The notes beneath the pieces were generated by a model, which saw only the letters and a program-made list of their open reading frames with translations, had not been told where the DNA came from and did no database searches. The position numbers and the translations under genes were made by a program. Shown here piece by piece: positions 36,410-47,700 of a stretch of 52,865 nucleotides of DNA; within the stretch, counting starts at the first letter, position 1, and every line of letters begins with the position of its first letter. The stretch covers positions 1-52,865 of the IMG/VR virus record IMGVR_UViG_3300017785_005555; one strand, written 5' to 3'. The stretch comes from a virus (Duplodnaviria > Caudoviricetes).

Positions 36410-38719
36410 ATGGCTACGCCTAACGGGGAGAACGACGAACTGCGCATGGCCGGCTTCAAGGCCGCCGTGCCCGCCGTCGTGGAAGCGATCAAGTCCAACC
36501 GCGAGATCGTGGGGACCGCGCGCGAACAGCAGTCCGCGAACTGGCGTGCCGCCGTGGGCGCGGTCGGCAAGTGGGAGGCCGCGCGCCGCACCGGCGAGGG
36601 GAAGGCGATGATCGACGCGCTGGTCGATCTGACGGCCATGGAGCTGGCGGACAGCCCGGTGGATCGCGAGATGCTGCGACGCGTCGAGGAACAGGTGCGC
36701 CTCGCGCAACCCGGCGTGTCTCCGTCCGCCGAGTCGTTCAAGCGGGCGATGTGGCAGGTGTACTCCGAGCAGAACCCGGCACCCGAAGCGGACCCGCGCA
36801 CGCTCGGCACGTTCCGTGCGATGCAGGACAAGTACCCCTGGTCGGACTCGTACATCACCGACAAGGACAAGGTGGCCTGGGCCAACTACCAGCGCATCGT
36901 CAAGCAGGCCGACATCCAGGCCGGCGAGGTCGAGCGGATGGAGAAGGTGCGCGAGCAGGCCCGGTCCATGGCCGACTACCTCGCCAGGAACCCCGACGCC
37001 CAGCCGACGGAGGTGCAGCAGTACATGAAGAACCTGCCCCTGCTCGGGGACTCCGCCGCCATGCAGGGCATCGCCGCGTACGCGAAGAAGCAGGCGAACG
37101 CTGACCCCGTGCTGTCGAAGGAGGAGCGCGAGCAGTACGAACAGAACGACGCCTTGCGCAAGACCTTGGAGCGCAAGGTGATCGACGACGCGAACACCGA
37201 GTCCGAGCGGGACCGGATGGCGCGGATCATCGCCAAGCCCAAGTTCCAGTGGTGGGCGAAGATGAACGGCTTCGACGTGGGCACGGTCAGCCCCAAGGAG
37301 GAGGGGAAGAACTACGGGCCCGACGTGCTTACGCCCGTTGGCGAGTACACTTCCGGACCCGACGACATGGAGGCGATCAAGTACGCGATGGGCCAGCGGA
37401 AGCGCCGTGGCGACCAGGACATGTTCTGGCAGCACCGCCGGCTGCCGGGCACGCCCACGTTCGGGCAGGTGACGGTCAAGTACGGCACCGTGCCGGACGC
37501 CGCGTACAAGGGCGAGGGGGGCACGTACAAGTTCATCGAAGAGAACGGGCAGCGGACCTACCTCAAACCTGACGAAGTTGAAGCCCGGCAGGCGGCGCTG
37601 GAGCAGCAGGCGAAGAAGTGGGTGGAGGAGATGAAGGCGGAGCCCACCCCGGAGAACGTGGCGCGGATGCTCGACGGTTTCGCCGGCAAGATCCAGGAGA
37701 CCACGGACGCACCCCCCAAGGACACCACCCAGGTGATCCGAGGGCAGTTCATGGCGCCGCGTGCAGGCGATCCCGAGGGGTCGGTGCGCTTGAAGGGGTA
37801 CCCCGACCCGTTCATGCCGGACCAGATCGTGGGGGAGCCCGAGGTTACGTCCGGCGGCACCGAGCGGCAGACCCTGGCGCGCTTCGCGTCCGAGCTGGCG
37901 AAGCGGTCGGCGGCGAACCGCGAGGAGCGGCAGCGCGAGACGGCGCCGCGCCCGAGGGCGGATGAGCTGGCGGCCACGCTGGTGCCCGAGCTGGACGGCA
38001 AGGGCGACAAGAACCGTCGCGAAGATGTTTCCTACAAGCGGGAGATGAACGATCGGCGGGACGCGGAGTACGCTGCCGACATCGCGGACGAGCAGAAGCG
38101 GGATCCTCGCGCCGTGCTGTTCGACCTGGACGCGTTGAAGCGGCCGGACCTCCGGCAGCAGGAGAACGCGGACGCCGTGGCGGAGTCCACGGGAGCAGCC
38201 GTGCGCTCGGGAGGACGTACGGAGCGAGGCAAGGCCGCGGACGTAGCGCGGGAAGCGTTCAACGCACGGATGGTGGCCGGGATCACCCAGGCGCCCCCGC
38301 GCGTGGAGGCGTACGACACCAGCAAGGACGCCGCGTACGACACCTCGCAGATGAAGCGCCCGGTGCCCCCGGTGAACCCCCTGGCGCAGCGGGGCGCACC
38401 CCCGGCAGGGACGAACACGCCGGCCCCCGCGCCTACGGTGCCGGGCGCGCGCAGCGCGGGACAGGTGCCGCCCGCTCCGGACCTGGGCCCCAAGCCCACG
38501 CCGCCGCGCAAGACGCTCACGGGGCAGCAGCGAGAAGCAGTCAAGCCCCAGCGTCTCGGGCCGCCTGCGATGGAGGAGCCCGATTTCGAGTTCGGCGATT
38601 CCTCCCAGGACATTGAGGTGGAGGGTGCCACGCGCGACACGCTCGTCACGCCGAGTGCCTCGACCACCATGCCGAAGAAGCGCGGGAGTCAACGCGCCGG
38701 GTTGCTGGGAACGGGGTAG
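36410..38719 (+). CDS. Putative ejection (internal virion) protein
   Basis: 769 aa, helical, between the pilot protein and the giant protein; SD GGAGG. Confidence 0.6.
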   Translation: MATPNGENDELRMAGFKAAVPAVVEAIKSNREIVGTAREQQSANWRAAVGAVGKWEAARRTGEGKAMIDALVDLTAMELADSPVDREMLRRVEEQVRLAQPGVSPSAESFKRAMWQVYSEQNPAPEADPRTLGTFRAMQDKYPWSDSYITDKDKVAWANYQRIVKQADIQAGEVERMEKVREQARSMADYLARNPDAQPTEVQQYMKNLPLLGDSAAMQGIAAYAKKQANADPVLSKEEREQYEQNDALRKTLERKVIDDANTESERDRMARIIAKPKFQWWAKMNGFDVGTVSPKEEGKNYGPDVLTPVGEYTSGPDDMEAIKYAMGQRKRRGDQDMFWQHRRLPGTPTFGQVTVKYGTVPDAAYKGEGGTYKFIEENGQRTYLKPDEVEARQAALEQQAKKWVEEMKAEPTPENVARMLDGFAGKIQETTDAPPKDTTQVIRGQFMAPRAGDPEGSVRLKGYPDPFMPDQIVGEPEVTSGGTERQTLARFASELAKRSAANREERQRETAPRPRADELAATLVPELDGKGDKNRREDVSYKREMNDRRDAEYAADIADEQKRDPRAVLFDLDALKRPDLRQQENADAVAESTGAAVRSGGRTERGKAADVAREAFNARMVAGITQAPPRVEAYDTSKDAAYDTSQMKRPVPPVNPLAQRGAPPAGTNTPAPAPTVPGARSAGQVPPAPDLGPKPTPPRKTLTGQQREAVKPQRLGPPAMEEPDFEFGDSSQDIEVEGATRDTLVTPSASTTMPKKRGSQRAGLLGTG

Positions 38720-38744
38720 ACTCCTACCACCGACGAGTGCGACC

Positions 38745-41700
38745 ATGGCTGATCTGCGACCGGAAGACATCGAGCGCGCGAAGAAGTTGTTTGCTACGGG
38801 AGCCGGCGTGGCCCCTGCGGAGCCGGTCCCCGCGGCACCCGCCCCGCCGAAGGCGTCTGCCGCGGTGCCGCCCAAGGCCACCCCGCGCCCCGTCACCTAC
38901 GAGATGGACGCGAAGGAGCGCAAGGCGGCCAAGGCCGGCGCCTCGGCACCGTCGTGGGACCGCTTGGCGGTAGAAGCGGGGTTGGCCCCTCCTGCGCTCA
39001 TGTCCAAGCTCGCGCCCGCCCTCGACGCCATGGAGCGGGACCCGCTGGACATGAAGGCCCTGGGGGCGAAGCCCGAGGTGGACCCGGAGCTGTTCCTGCG
39101 CGTCGAGGAGACGGACGTGAAGCGGGCGATCCGCAACGCGGAACGCAGCCCCGGCACGATGGACGCCATCAAGGGGCTCGTAGAGCTGGCGACGCCGTTC
39201 AAGGCCGCCGTTCAGCCGGAGCAGGTGGAGGCCGAGGCTAAAGTCAAGCGCCTGGAGATGGCGAACGCCTCCGAGGAAGAACTTGCCCAGGCCCGCGCCG
39301 AGGTAGCCGCCCAGAAGGAGCGCACGAAGCGCGGTGGTGTCAACGTCTACGAGCCGCGGGGCGTGGTGGACACGCTGGGCGACATCGACCGCGGGGGGCC
39401 GGCGGCCTTCATGCGAGACCCCAACAGCGTCATCACCGAAGAGCAGGTTGCGCGCCTGGAAGCCGCCGCTGGTGACGCCGAGGGTAGCGTCTCGGATACG
39501 GACAACACGGACCCCGACTACGACGTGGCGGACGGGCCCCGTACGGCGGCCGGCTCGAAGGAGCTGGCTGTCACCCTGCGTAAGCAGGCCACGGCAGCGA
39601 GGGCGCGTCTGGACAACCAGCGCGGTGCCATGACCACCAACCTCGTGGTGGAGCTGGGCGCCCCTGGTGCCGAGCAGGCGCGCACGCTCATGGCGCAGGT
39701 GACGGAAGGTACGGCGCCGAGTCGGGCCAACCAGGAGTTCCTGGCGCGGTTCTCTGCGTGGTGGTTCAAGCAGGAGGGCGGGGAGCGCGCCGCGTTGACC
39801 GGCCCGGAGCGCGCGGCGTTGCAGGCAGCCGCCGACGCGCAGGCCAAGCGTGCCCTCTTCTCGCTGCGGCAGGGTGGGTGGTGGCCCACCGAGATCTCCG
39901 AAGGAGACGTGAAGGGGCGCGGCAAGCTGGACCTGTTGGACTACGTGAAGGCGGTCGTTCTGCCCCGTGCGGAAGCTACCCCCAGCGGGCAGTCCGTACG
40001 CACGGAGGGGCCCGCAGGCTACGTGTTCAACCGTATGAACCTGCCTATTTCGGCGGCGGCCGAAGTGTATCGGGGGGTCCTCGGCGGGGACATGGACGCG
40101 TACCGGATGCTTCGCGAGAAGGGCGGTTTCCTCGAAGCTCTCGCGGACTTCGAGGAGCTGCCCCGCTTGAAGAAGTGGGCCATGGCGGATGAAGGCACGC
40201 TGGAGTGGACTGCTGCGTGGTCCTTCGTGTGGCTCGGTCTCATCGGAGAGGTGGTCACGCCGGACGGGTTCACCGCCTTGTCCAAGATCGCGGAGATCCC
40301 CGCTTATCTGGCGACCGCCGACCGAGGCTTGGCCGCTGCTCGTGCCGCCAAGGGCGCCGGCTGGGTGGAGCAGGTGCGCGCCGTGAAGGGTGCTGTCGCG
40401 TCCGACGCGTTGCAGTACGCGGACGCGCTGGAGGGGAGCAACCCCGCCTTGGCGCGGATCATCCGCGACCGCGTGAAGGGTCTCGTCGGTCTGACCGAGG
40501 AAGGCCGGGCTGTCCAGACGAAGCTCGGCGACACGCCGCGCACGGGCAAGAGCGGCGCGAAACAACTTCTCCGGGATGGCGTGCGCAGCGACAACGCGGA
40601 CGACGCACGCGCGCTGGACTCGTTGCGGTCGGGTCGGTACGACGAGATCTACGGCAAGGCCAGCAGGGAGGCCATCGCGTCCCTCGACCAGCCGGCCGAG
40701 GGCGCCCGCGCCGCGCGTTCTGCGGACGAGCTTCTGCCCGATGCTCCGCCGGACGCGACGGACGACGCGATGCGCGTGTTCGGTGAGCCCGTGTCGGCCG
40801 GCGTGGCGCGCGCCATGGTGACGGCGGACGACGTGGCGGCGGCACTTCGGGCAGCCTCGAAGGGTAAGGCGCCGTCGGCCATGCGTAAGCTCGCCGCGAA
40901 CATCATCACGCTCTTGGAGCGCAACCCCGAGCTGGCCCCCGTCGTCAAGCAGGTGCGGCAGCGTGTATCGGCGTCCGTCACGGCGGGCACGGTGGACATG
41001 GCGGACCTCCGCGTCGAGATGCTCCGCCGCTTGTTGCAGATCAAGCCGGACGCGGCCCAGCGGGTGCTCGCCAGGGCGGAAGCAGCAGTCGCCAAGCGGG
41101 CGGCGCAGGTGACTGCCCTGGAGCTGGAGATCGCCCGCCGGGACCCTGCCCGCAAGGCCGCCGCCCAGGCGGTGGATGCCAAGCAGGCGGCGGTGAACGC
41201 GGCGCGCGCCGAAGTGGAGAGCATGAAGGCCGGACCCCGGCAGGAACCTGCGATCAACCTGGACGGCGGCCCCACCGTGCGCGCGGGCACCCCTTCGGAC
41301 GCGGCCTCGTTGGAGAAGACGGAGCCCCGCATCGAGCGCGACATCACCCAGCCGGGTGTGCGACCGACGCCGGCCGCGAACGAAGCCACGCCGGTGGTGA
41401 GGCGGGCGGGGACCCCGGCCGTGAACGAAGCCACGCCGGTGATGCGGCGGGCAGGGGCCCAGGCCGCTGTCGTCAAGCTCGATCCGGCGGCCACCGTGGT
41501 GGAGCGTACGGACGCGCACCGGGCCATCGGCCTGGAAGCCGCGCTGGAGCCGCTCGACGAGGTGAAGGCGGCACAGCGCGCCGGGCGGTACGGACCCGCC
41601 GAGCGGCTGCACTTCGCCCACGCGGGGGAGCCCTACCTCCGTCCCGACTTCATCCAACGCCCCCCGATGGAGTACGCGGCCAGCAAGCGGGCCCACCTGC

Positions 41701-44700
41701 TGTTCCTGTCCCTCCTGCGCGAGCACTCCAACGACTTGGCGACGGGCAAGTACCTTGCCGGTGCCGACGCGCTGGACTTCGCGACCAAGTTCAACCTGCC
41801 CTACTACGAGGCGTGGTTCACGCCGCGTGACTTCTTCCGGCTCGAAGTGCGCGAGGTCGGTGGCAGCGGGAAAGTTCGTTCTTACGGGAGCCTGTCCCGC
41901 CAGGAGCAGGTGGGCAAGACCTGGGAGATCGTCAACGTGAAGTGGACGCCCCAGGCGGAAGACTTCTGGAAGCAGCTCGACGACATCGCCGCCGCCAACC
42001 CGGAACGCCCTCGCGCGCGCGCCATGAACGAGTACCTGCGCAGCCTCCTGCCGTGGTCGGACCCGCTCGCCACCGCGGAGGATGTCGGCTTGGTGCGCCT
42101 GTCCGACACCGTGTTCGTGCGCAACCCCGAGGTGGCGAAACAGGTGGGCCCGTTGAAGCAGCCCGTTGAGGTGCTGGAAGACGGCGTGCGCAAGATCCGG
42201 TTTGAGGATGCCGTGTCCGACGGGCTCTCCGCCGAGGTGGTGGGGTTCAAGGACGGCAAGGTCATGGTCCAGCCCATGGAGTTCGTGGACGGGTCGCCCC
42301 GGCGCTCCACCCGGCACGGTCCCGTTGCCGTGTCTGTCGAAGATCTTGCCTACATGGAGCGCGGCCGGGTGCCCCGCACGCGCGAGGGCCGGAAGTTCTC
42401 GTACGTGGGGCCTCGGACGGATGCCGAGTGGCGTGAACTGCGGGCGGCCGAGGACCGGATGCCCGGTGCGCGGTCCATGCGGTACAAGGACCAGGAGCGA
42501 TTCCTGGAGCTGAACCCGCCCAAGCGCCCGACCGCCGAGGAGTTCGACTTCCCGGTGTCCCAGCTCGACCCGGAGGCGCGCGAAGCCGCCATCCGGGCCA
42601 TGGATGCCGCCGGTCGCGCGCGAGGCGTCCCCACGCCGCGGTTCGAGGACGGTGTGAAGGCCGCACCGGCACGTCCCGCCACCCCCGCGCCTGTCGCAGC
42701 CCCGCCCCAGGCGAGTCCTGTTGCCGGGGGCACGGGTCTGGCCGAGCTGGGTGGGGCGGGCGCCGCCATCAGCGACAACCTGTACGTCATGCTGCTCGAC
42801 AAGGCGCGCAAGGGCGACGTGCTGGAGGGCGGCCAGCGGTTGCTCGTGCTCCAGATGGCGGTAGCGTTGCAGCGGCAGGGCGTGGACCTGTCCCTGGACG
42901 TGATGAAGCGTCTGGCGCAGGAGGTGATGGCGATCCGAGGGCAGAACGTGACGGGGGGCGCCTTCCAGCAGGCGGTGAAGGACGCGCTCTCCCGCGTGCA
43001 GGCAGATGTCGCCAAGGCGCAGCCCTCCGAGGGGAACCGCGTGGCCCCCGCGGTTGTTTCCGCCGGCAATAAGGACCGGGAGGTCACGGAGGCGACCAGC
43101 AAGGTGGATCGGATCGAGGCCGGGGCCGGCGAGCGTGCGGGCGCCAAGCTGCGCTACGCCGAGGCCGACCTGGAGCGCGCCCAGAACACCCTGCGCGGGC
43201 TGGGCGAGGGACTCCCCGCGGACATCCCGGAGGTCATGCGCGCTCGGCTGGCGGGCCGGCGGTCTGCTCTCGCCAACGCGCGCCGGGCACAGGCCGAGGC
43301 GGACGCCATGGCGCGCGCCAGCGCCCAGGTGCGGGCCGAAATGCGTGGGGCGTTGAAGCTGGAGCAGTACGTGCGCAAGGGCACGGCTGACGACTTGGCG
43401 AACAGCGCGCGGCACGCCGCTCTCGTCAAGGGCTCTGGCTCGGTGCCGGCGTCCACGGCGGCGACCCCGGCGCGGCGCATCTTCGAGTCCGGCCTGTACA
43501 AGACGCTCGACCGGTACGGCGTGAGCGGGGCGGGTCCCGCTGTCGCGGAGCTGCACAGCTCTCTGGCGCGCACCCTGTCCAAGCTCAACCCCGAGCGGTT
43601 CCCGACTCCCGACGCGTACTACGCCTCGATGATCGTGCGGCAGGGTGACGTGGCTCCGATGGAGGACGCTCACCGACTTCTTCGCCAGAGCGACCTGACG
43701 GACCTCAACGGCAAGCCCCTCTACCGCGCCGTCTCCACGGAGGAGGAGCTGGCCCAGGTGGTAGGCGACCTGCCGGAGCCGGAGATCTGGGAGCTGGACC
43801 ACTACAGCGTGAACAAGGACCTGGACGTGCTGCGGTCGGACGCCCACGGCAAGTACGGCACGCAGCGGTCGTCGGAGTTCAACCCCGGAAACCGGGCGAA
43901 CGACTGGAACTATCTCGGACGCGTGATGTTCTACCCCGGCGGCGCCAAGCCGGAGAGCATGATCGCCTACGGGGCGCAGCAGAAGTACACGACCCAGATC
44001 CGGGCGCGCATCTACGACTTCAAGACGGACCCGCGAAAGATCTTCCCCATCGCGCTGGCGGCGTACCGAAAGATGGAGGCCATGCCGTACAGGGAGCGGA
44101 TGAAGGTCCGTGGCTACGGGGGGCCGGACCCGTTCAACGAGTTCGAGCGCCTGCTCGTGGACCTGGGCTACGACGGGTACAAGTGGCCCATGGGGGCGCC
44201 GGCTGGCGCCGAGCCCACCATCGTCGTGACCATCCTCAACCGCGACGTTCCCATCTCGACCGGCGTGTTCCCGGTACTCGTCCCGAACGGGCCGCTGGGT
44301 GCCGTGCGCAAGGGCTCCAAGCTCGACGTGTCGCCCGACGTGGTGGGGGTGCTGAACCGACGCATGACGCTGGCCCAGGCAGAAGTCGCGTTGCGAGCGC
44401 CGGTGGAAGAACACGCCGTTCTGTTCGTCAACGGCACCCAGGCGGGGCGCTGGGGGCCGGAGCAAACGCGCGCCGCGGGGCACAACCCCCGGAACTCGTG
44501 CGCCATCGACACCGCCGTGCTGGAGCAGGTGCGCGGCCAGGGTGCGGTGTTCACGCACAACCACCCCAACGGCGGCATCCTTAGCCCGGAAGATCTGGCT
44601 GTCGCCTCGTTTGGCGACCTCGGCGAGATGCGAGCGGTACCTTCTGGGGAGAAGGGCTGGGACGACGCGTGGTTCGTGCAGCGGCCCGTCGAGGGTTGGG

Positions 44701-47700
44701 CCTCCCCGGCAGCCATCCATCAAGCATGGTCCGAGGCAGGCAAGAAGGCGTTCGCTGTCGCCCGACGGCAGATGACCGAGTTCATCGTTGCCGCCGGAGG
44801 CGATCCCTACAACGGGTCAATGGTGGGTTATACGAAGGAGAAGTGGCAGCAGCTTCTCAACGATGCCCTTGAACAGGAGTGGCGAAGTGGCCGATACCCC
44901 GAACTCCCCGAACTCTTCCGTGGTTTTACTCGATCGGAACTGGCCTCCGACGTATCCCGAGTGGACGCCGGCTCCGTTCCCGAGCGCGCTGGCGGAGTCC
45001 AGCTCCCCCTCCCTGGCATCCGGACCCTTGCCTCCGCCGAAGGCGCGGATCTCGGGCGGGTCGGACCTGGATTGGGACAAGTTCGGCTCCCCGGAGGGGG
45101 CACCCTCGCCGACATCCACGCCCAGCACCCCGACGCCGCCCGCGGCATCTTCCGGCAGCTCGGCCTCCGAGTAGAGCCGGGCCGGGCCACCGGCGCAGAA
45201 CTTCGTATCTACCCGCTCTTCGACGCGTTCGGCACCGAGCGCGCCGTGGTGGAGGAGCGGGTGCGCGCGTGGCTCAACACGGTCGGCTGGGACTTCAAGG
45301 TCTTCGGCCCCGATGAGGCGGGCGCCGGCTTCTCGCCCCCGAACTTCCGCGACTTCAACTACCAGAACAAGAACGTCTGGATCTTCCAGCCGATGGACCC
45401 CAACGGGTCCTTCCGCGACTACAACTACACGCTGCCCTGGCGCGTGACGCACGAGGTCGCGCACGGGCTGGTGAACGACGCCATCTCCGACCTGTACGGC
45501 GGCCTCGGCAAGCGGCAGGGCGCGCTCGGCGTCGCCACGAAGTTCAACGGCAGGGACGTGCCGGCCCTCACGCTGGCCGACGCGCTGCGTGCCGTGGAGT
45601 GGGAGGCCGAGACGTTCAAGGAGCAGCGCGCCATCCTGGAGCGGGACCTCGGCATCTCCATTACGGAAGAGGCGTTCCGCCAGGAGAACGGGCTGAACAT
45701 GAGCGACGCCGTGTGGCGCGCGATGACGGGGGGCTTCTCGGACCCGTCCGACCTGGGCGTGCTTCCGACGGCGGTTCACCCTGCGGATGTTCTTCGCAAC
45801 GCCCGCAACACCATGCGCGCGGCGGCCCTGGAGATGGGGCTCGACATGGGCGAGACGTTCGGCATCGAGATGAAGGCCGAGCGCGCCGCGCAGGCATCGG
45901 CGGACGGTGTGGCCTGGATCGTGGGCGAAGCTCTGGCACGCAGGGAGGCAGGCGCCACCAAGGAGCAGTTCGCCCGGTGGCTGACCGACACGATGTACAA
46001 GGCGCGCAAGGCGCCCGGCTCCTCCCCCTGGGTGCAGGGCGTGGAGGAAGGCGCTCGCATGGTGGTGCAGGCGGCGGGCATGGACGCGGACAAGGGCACG
46101 CGCTTCCTGGCGGTCGCGTGGGGCAACAGCTTGGCGACGGCGGACGAGATTGCAGGGTTGAATCGCCGGCAGTATTGGCAGGGCATGGCGGTGGACCGCT
46201 ACCCGCCGGACACCGACCGGCTGGCGGCGTCCGTGCGCACGGCTGGCGAGAACGTGGACCCCGAGGACATCCAGGGGCTGATCGACTTCCAGATGGGCCA
46301 GGGCATCATGACGTTCTACCGCACGGGGAACTTCTCCACGGTGCTGCACGAGCCCGCCCACATGTTGCGCCGCATCCTGCCGCCGGACATGCTCGCGGAG
46401 CTGGAGCAGGCCCTGGGCGTCGTGGACGGGAACTGGACGCGGTACCAGGAAGAACAGTTCGTGGCGATGTGGGAGAAGGCGGCGGCCGGCGGGTTCCTTT
46501 CGACCGGCAACCCCGCGCTCGACCGGTCGTTCCGGCAGGTGACGAACACCTTGCGCGCCGTGGCCGAGGACAGCGGCATCGCCGTCTCCCCCACCGTGCA
46601 GCGGCTGTTCGACACGCTGCACCGGGACACGGCGGGGCCGAAGGGACCGATGATCCCCGGCCGGGGGTCGCTGGCGGATGCCGAGCAGGAGCAGCGCGCG
46701 CTGGACGAGGCGTTCCGCCTGTCGAGCCGGTCCCTCCTTCGCGCCACCTGGGAAGACCGGATGGGCCGGCTGCGCCAGTGGCTGCGTCCCGCGCGCGACG
46801 TGCTCGACGGGTCGTTGAAGGAGGTGGTGAAGAACCTCATCCGTAAGGAAGAAGCCGAGCTGTCGGCGTTCAACAAGCGGCTGGCGGACGCCATCACGCG
46901 CACGAAGACGGACCCGCTGCGCGCCCTCGTGACGGACGGCGATGACCTGTCTGTAGACTTCTTCGCTGCCCTTGATGAGGGGGCGGACGGGCGGCTGTTG
47001 GACGCGGCAGCCGTGGCCTTCCTGGACCGCACGAAGATCCCCCTCTCCTCGGACGACATGCGCCTGCTCCGGGAGGCGTTGCGCACGCGTGGCTCGATGG
47101 AGGAGGTGGTGGCGGCGTTGCAGGAGGCATCACTGGCTGTCGTCAGTCGCCAGTTGGAGTACCAGGGGCGCGCGATGCGGGACACCTACACGGGCAAGGC
47201 CCTGCTCACCCAGGCGGCGGGCACCATGGCGTTGCACCACCGGTTCGAGAAGGCGGGGTTCGGTGTCGGCGCCGTGCTCCACAGCGAGGACGCCAAGGCG
47301 GCCTCGGAGTGGCTGGCGGGCACGTCCCGTTCCGACCGGGGGCGTCAGATCGTGCTGGGTGCGATGGAGGACCCGTTCAACTACATCCCGCCGACCAGCG
47401 GGGTGGCTGGGCTGCGGCGCGAGCAGATCTCCCCGTTCGGAACGACGGGCACAAAGTCCCGCGTCGGTAGCACCGTAGCAAAGATCTCCGGCACGCTGGA
47501 GGGGTCTGATGTCTACGTGCCGCGCGTCGTGCGGGACCGGCTCGTGGCCCAGATCGACGCCGTGGAGCAGGCGGCCCAGCCCCCGCTCGGTACGAAGCTG
47601 CTGCTCCGGTACTGGAAGCAGGGGCTCACGTCCGGTGTGCTCCTGGCCCGGCCCACCTACTACCTCAACAACGTGTTCGGCGACTTCGACCAGATCGCAA

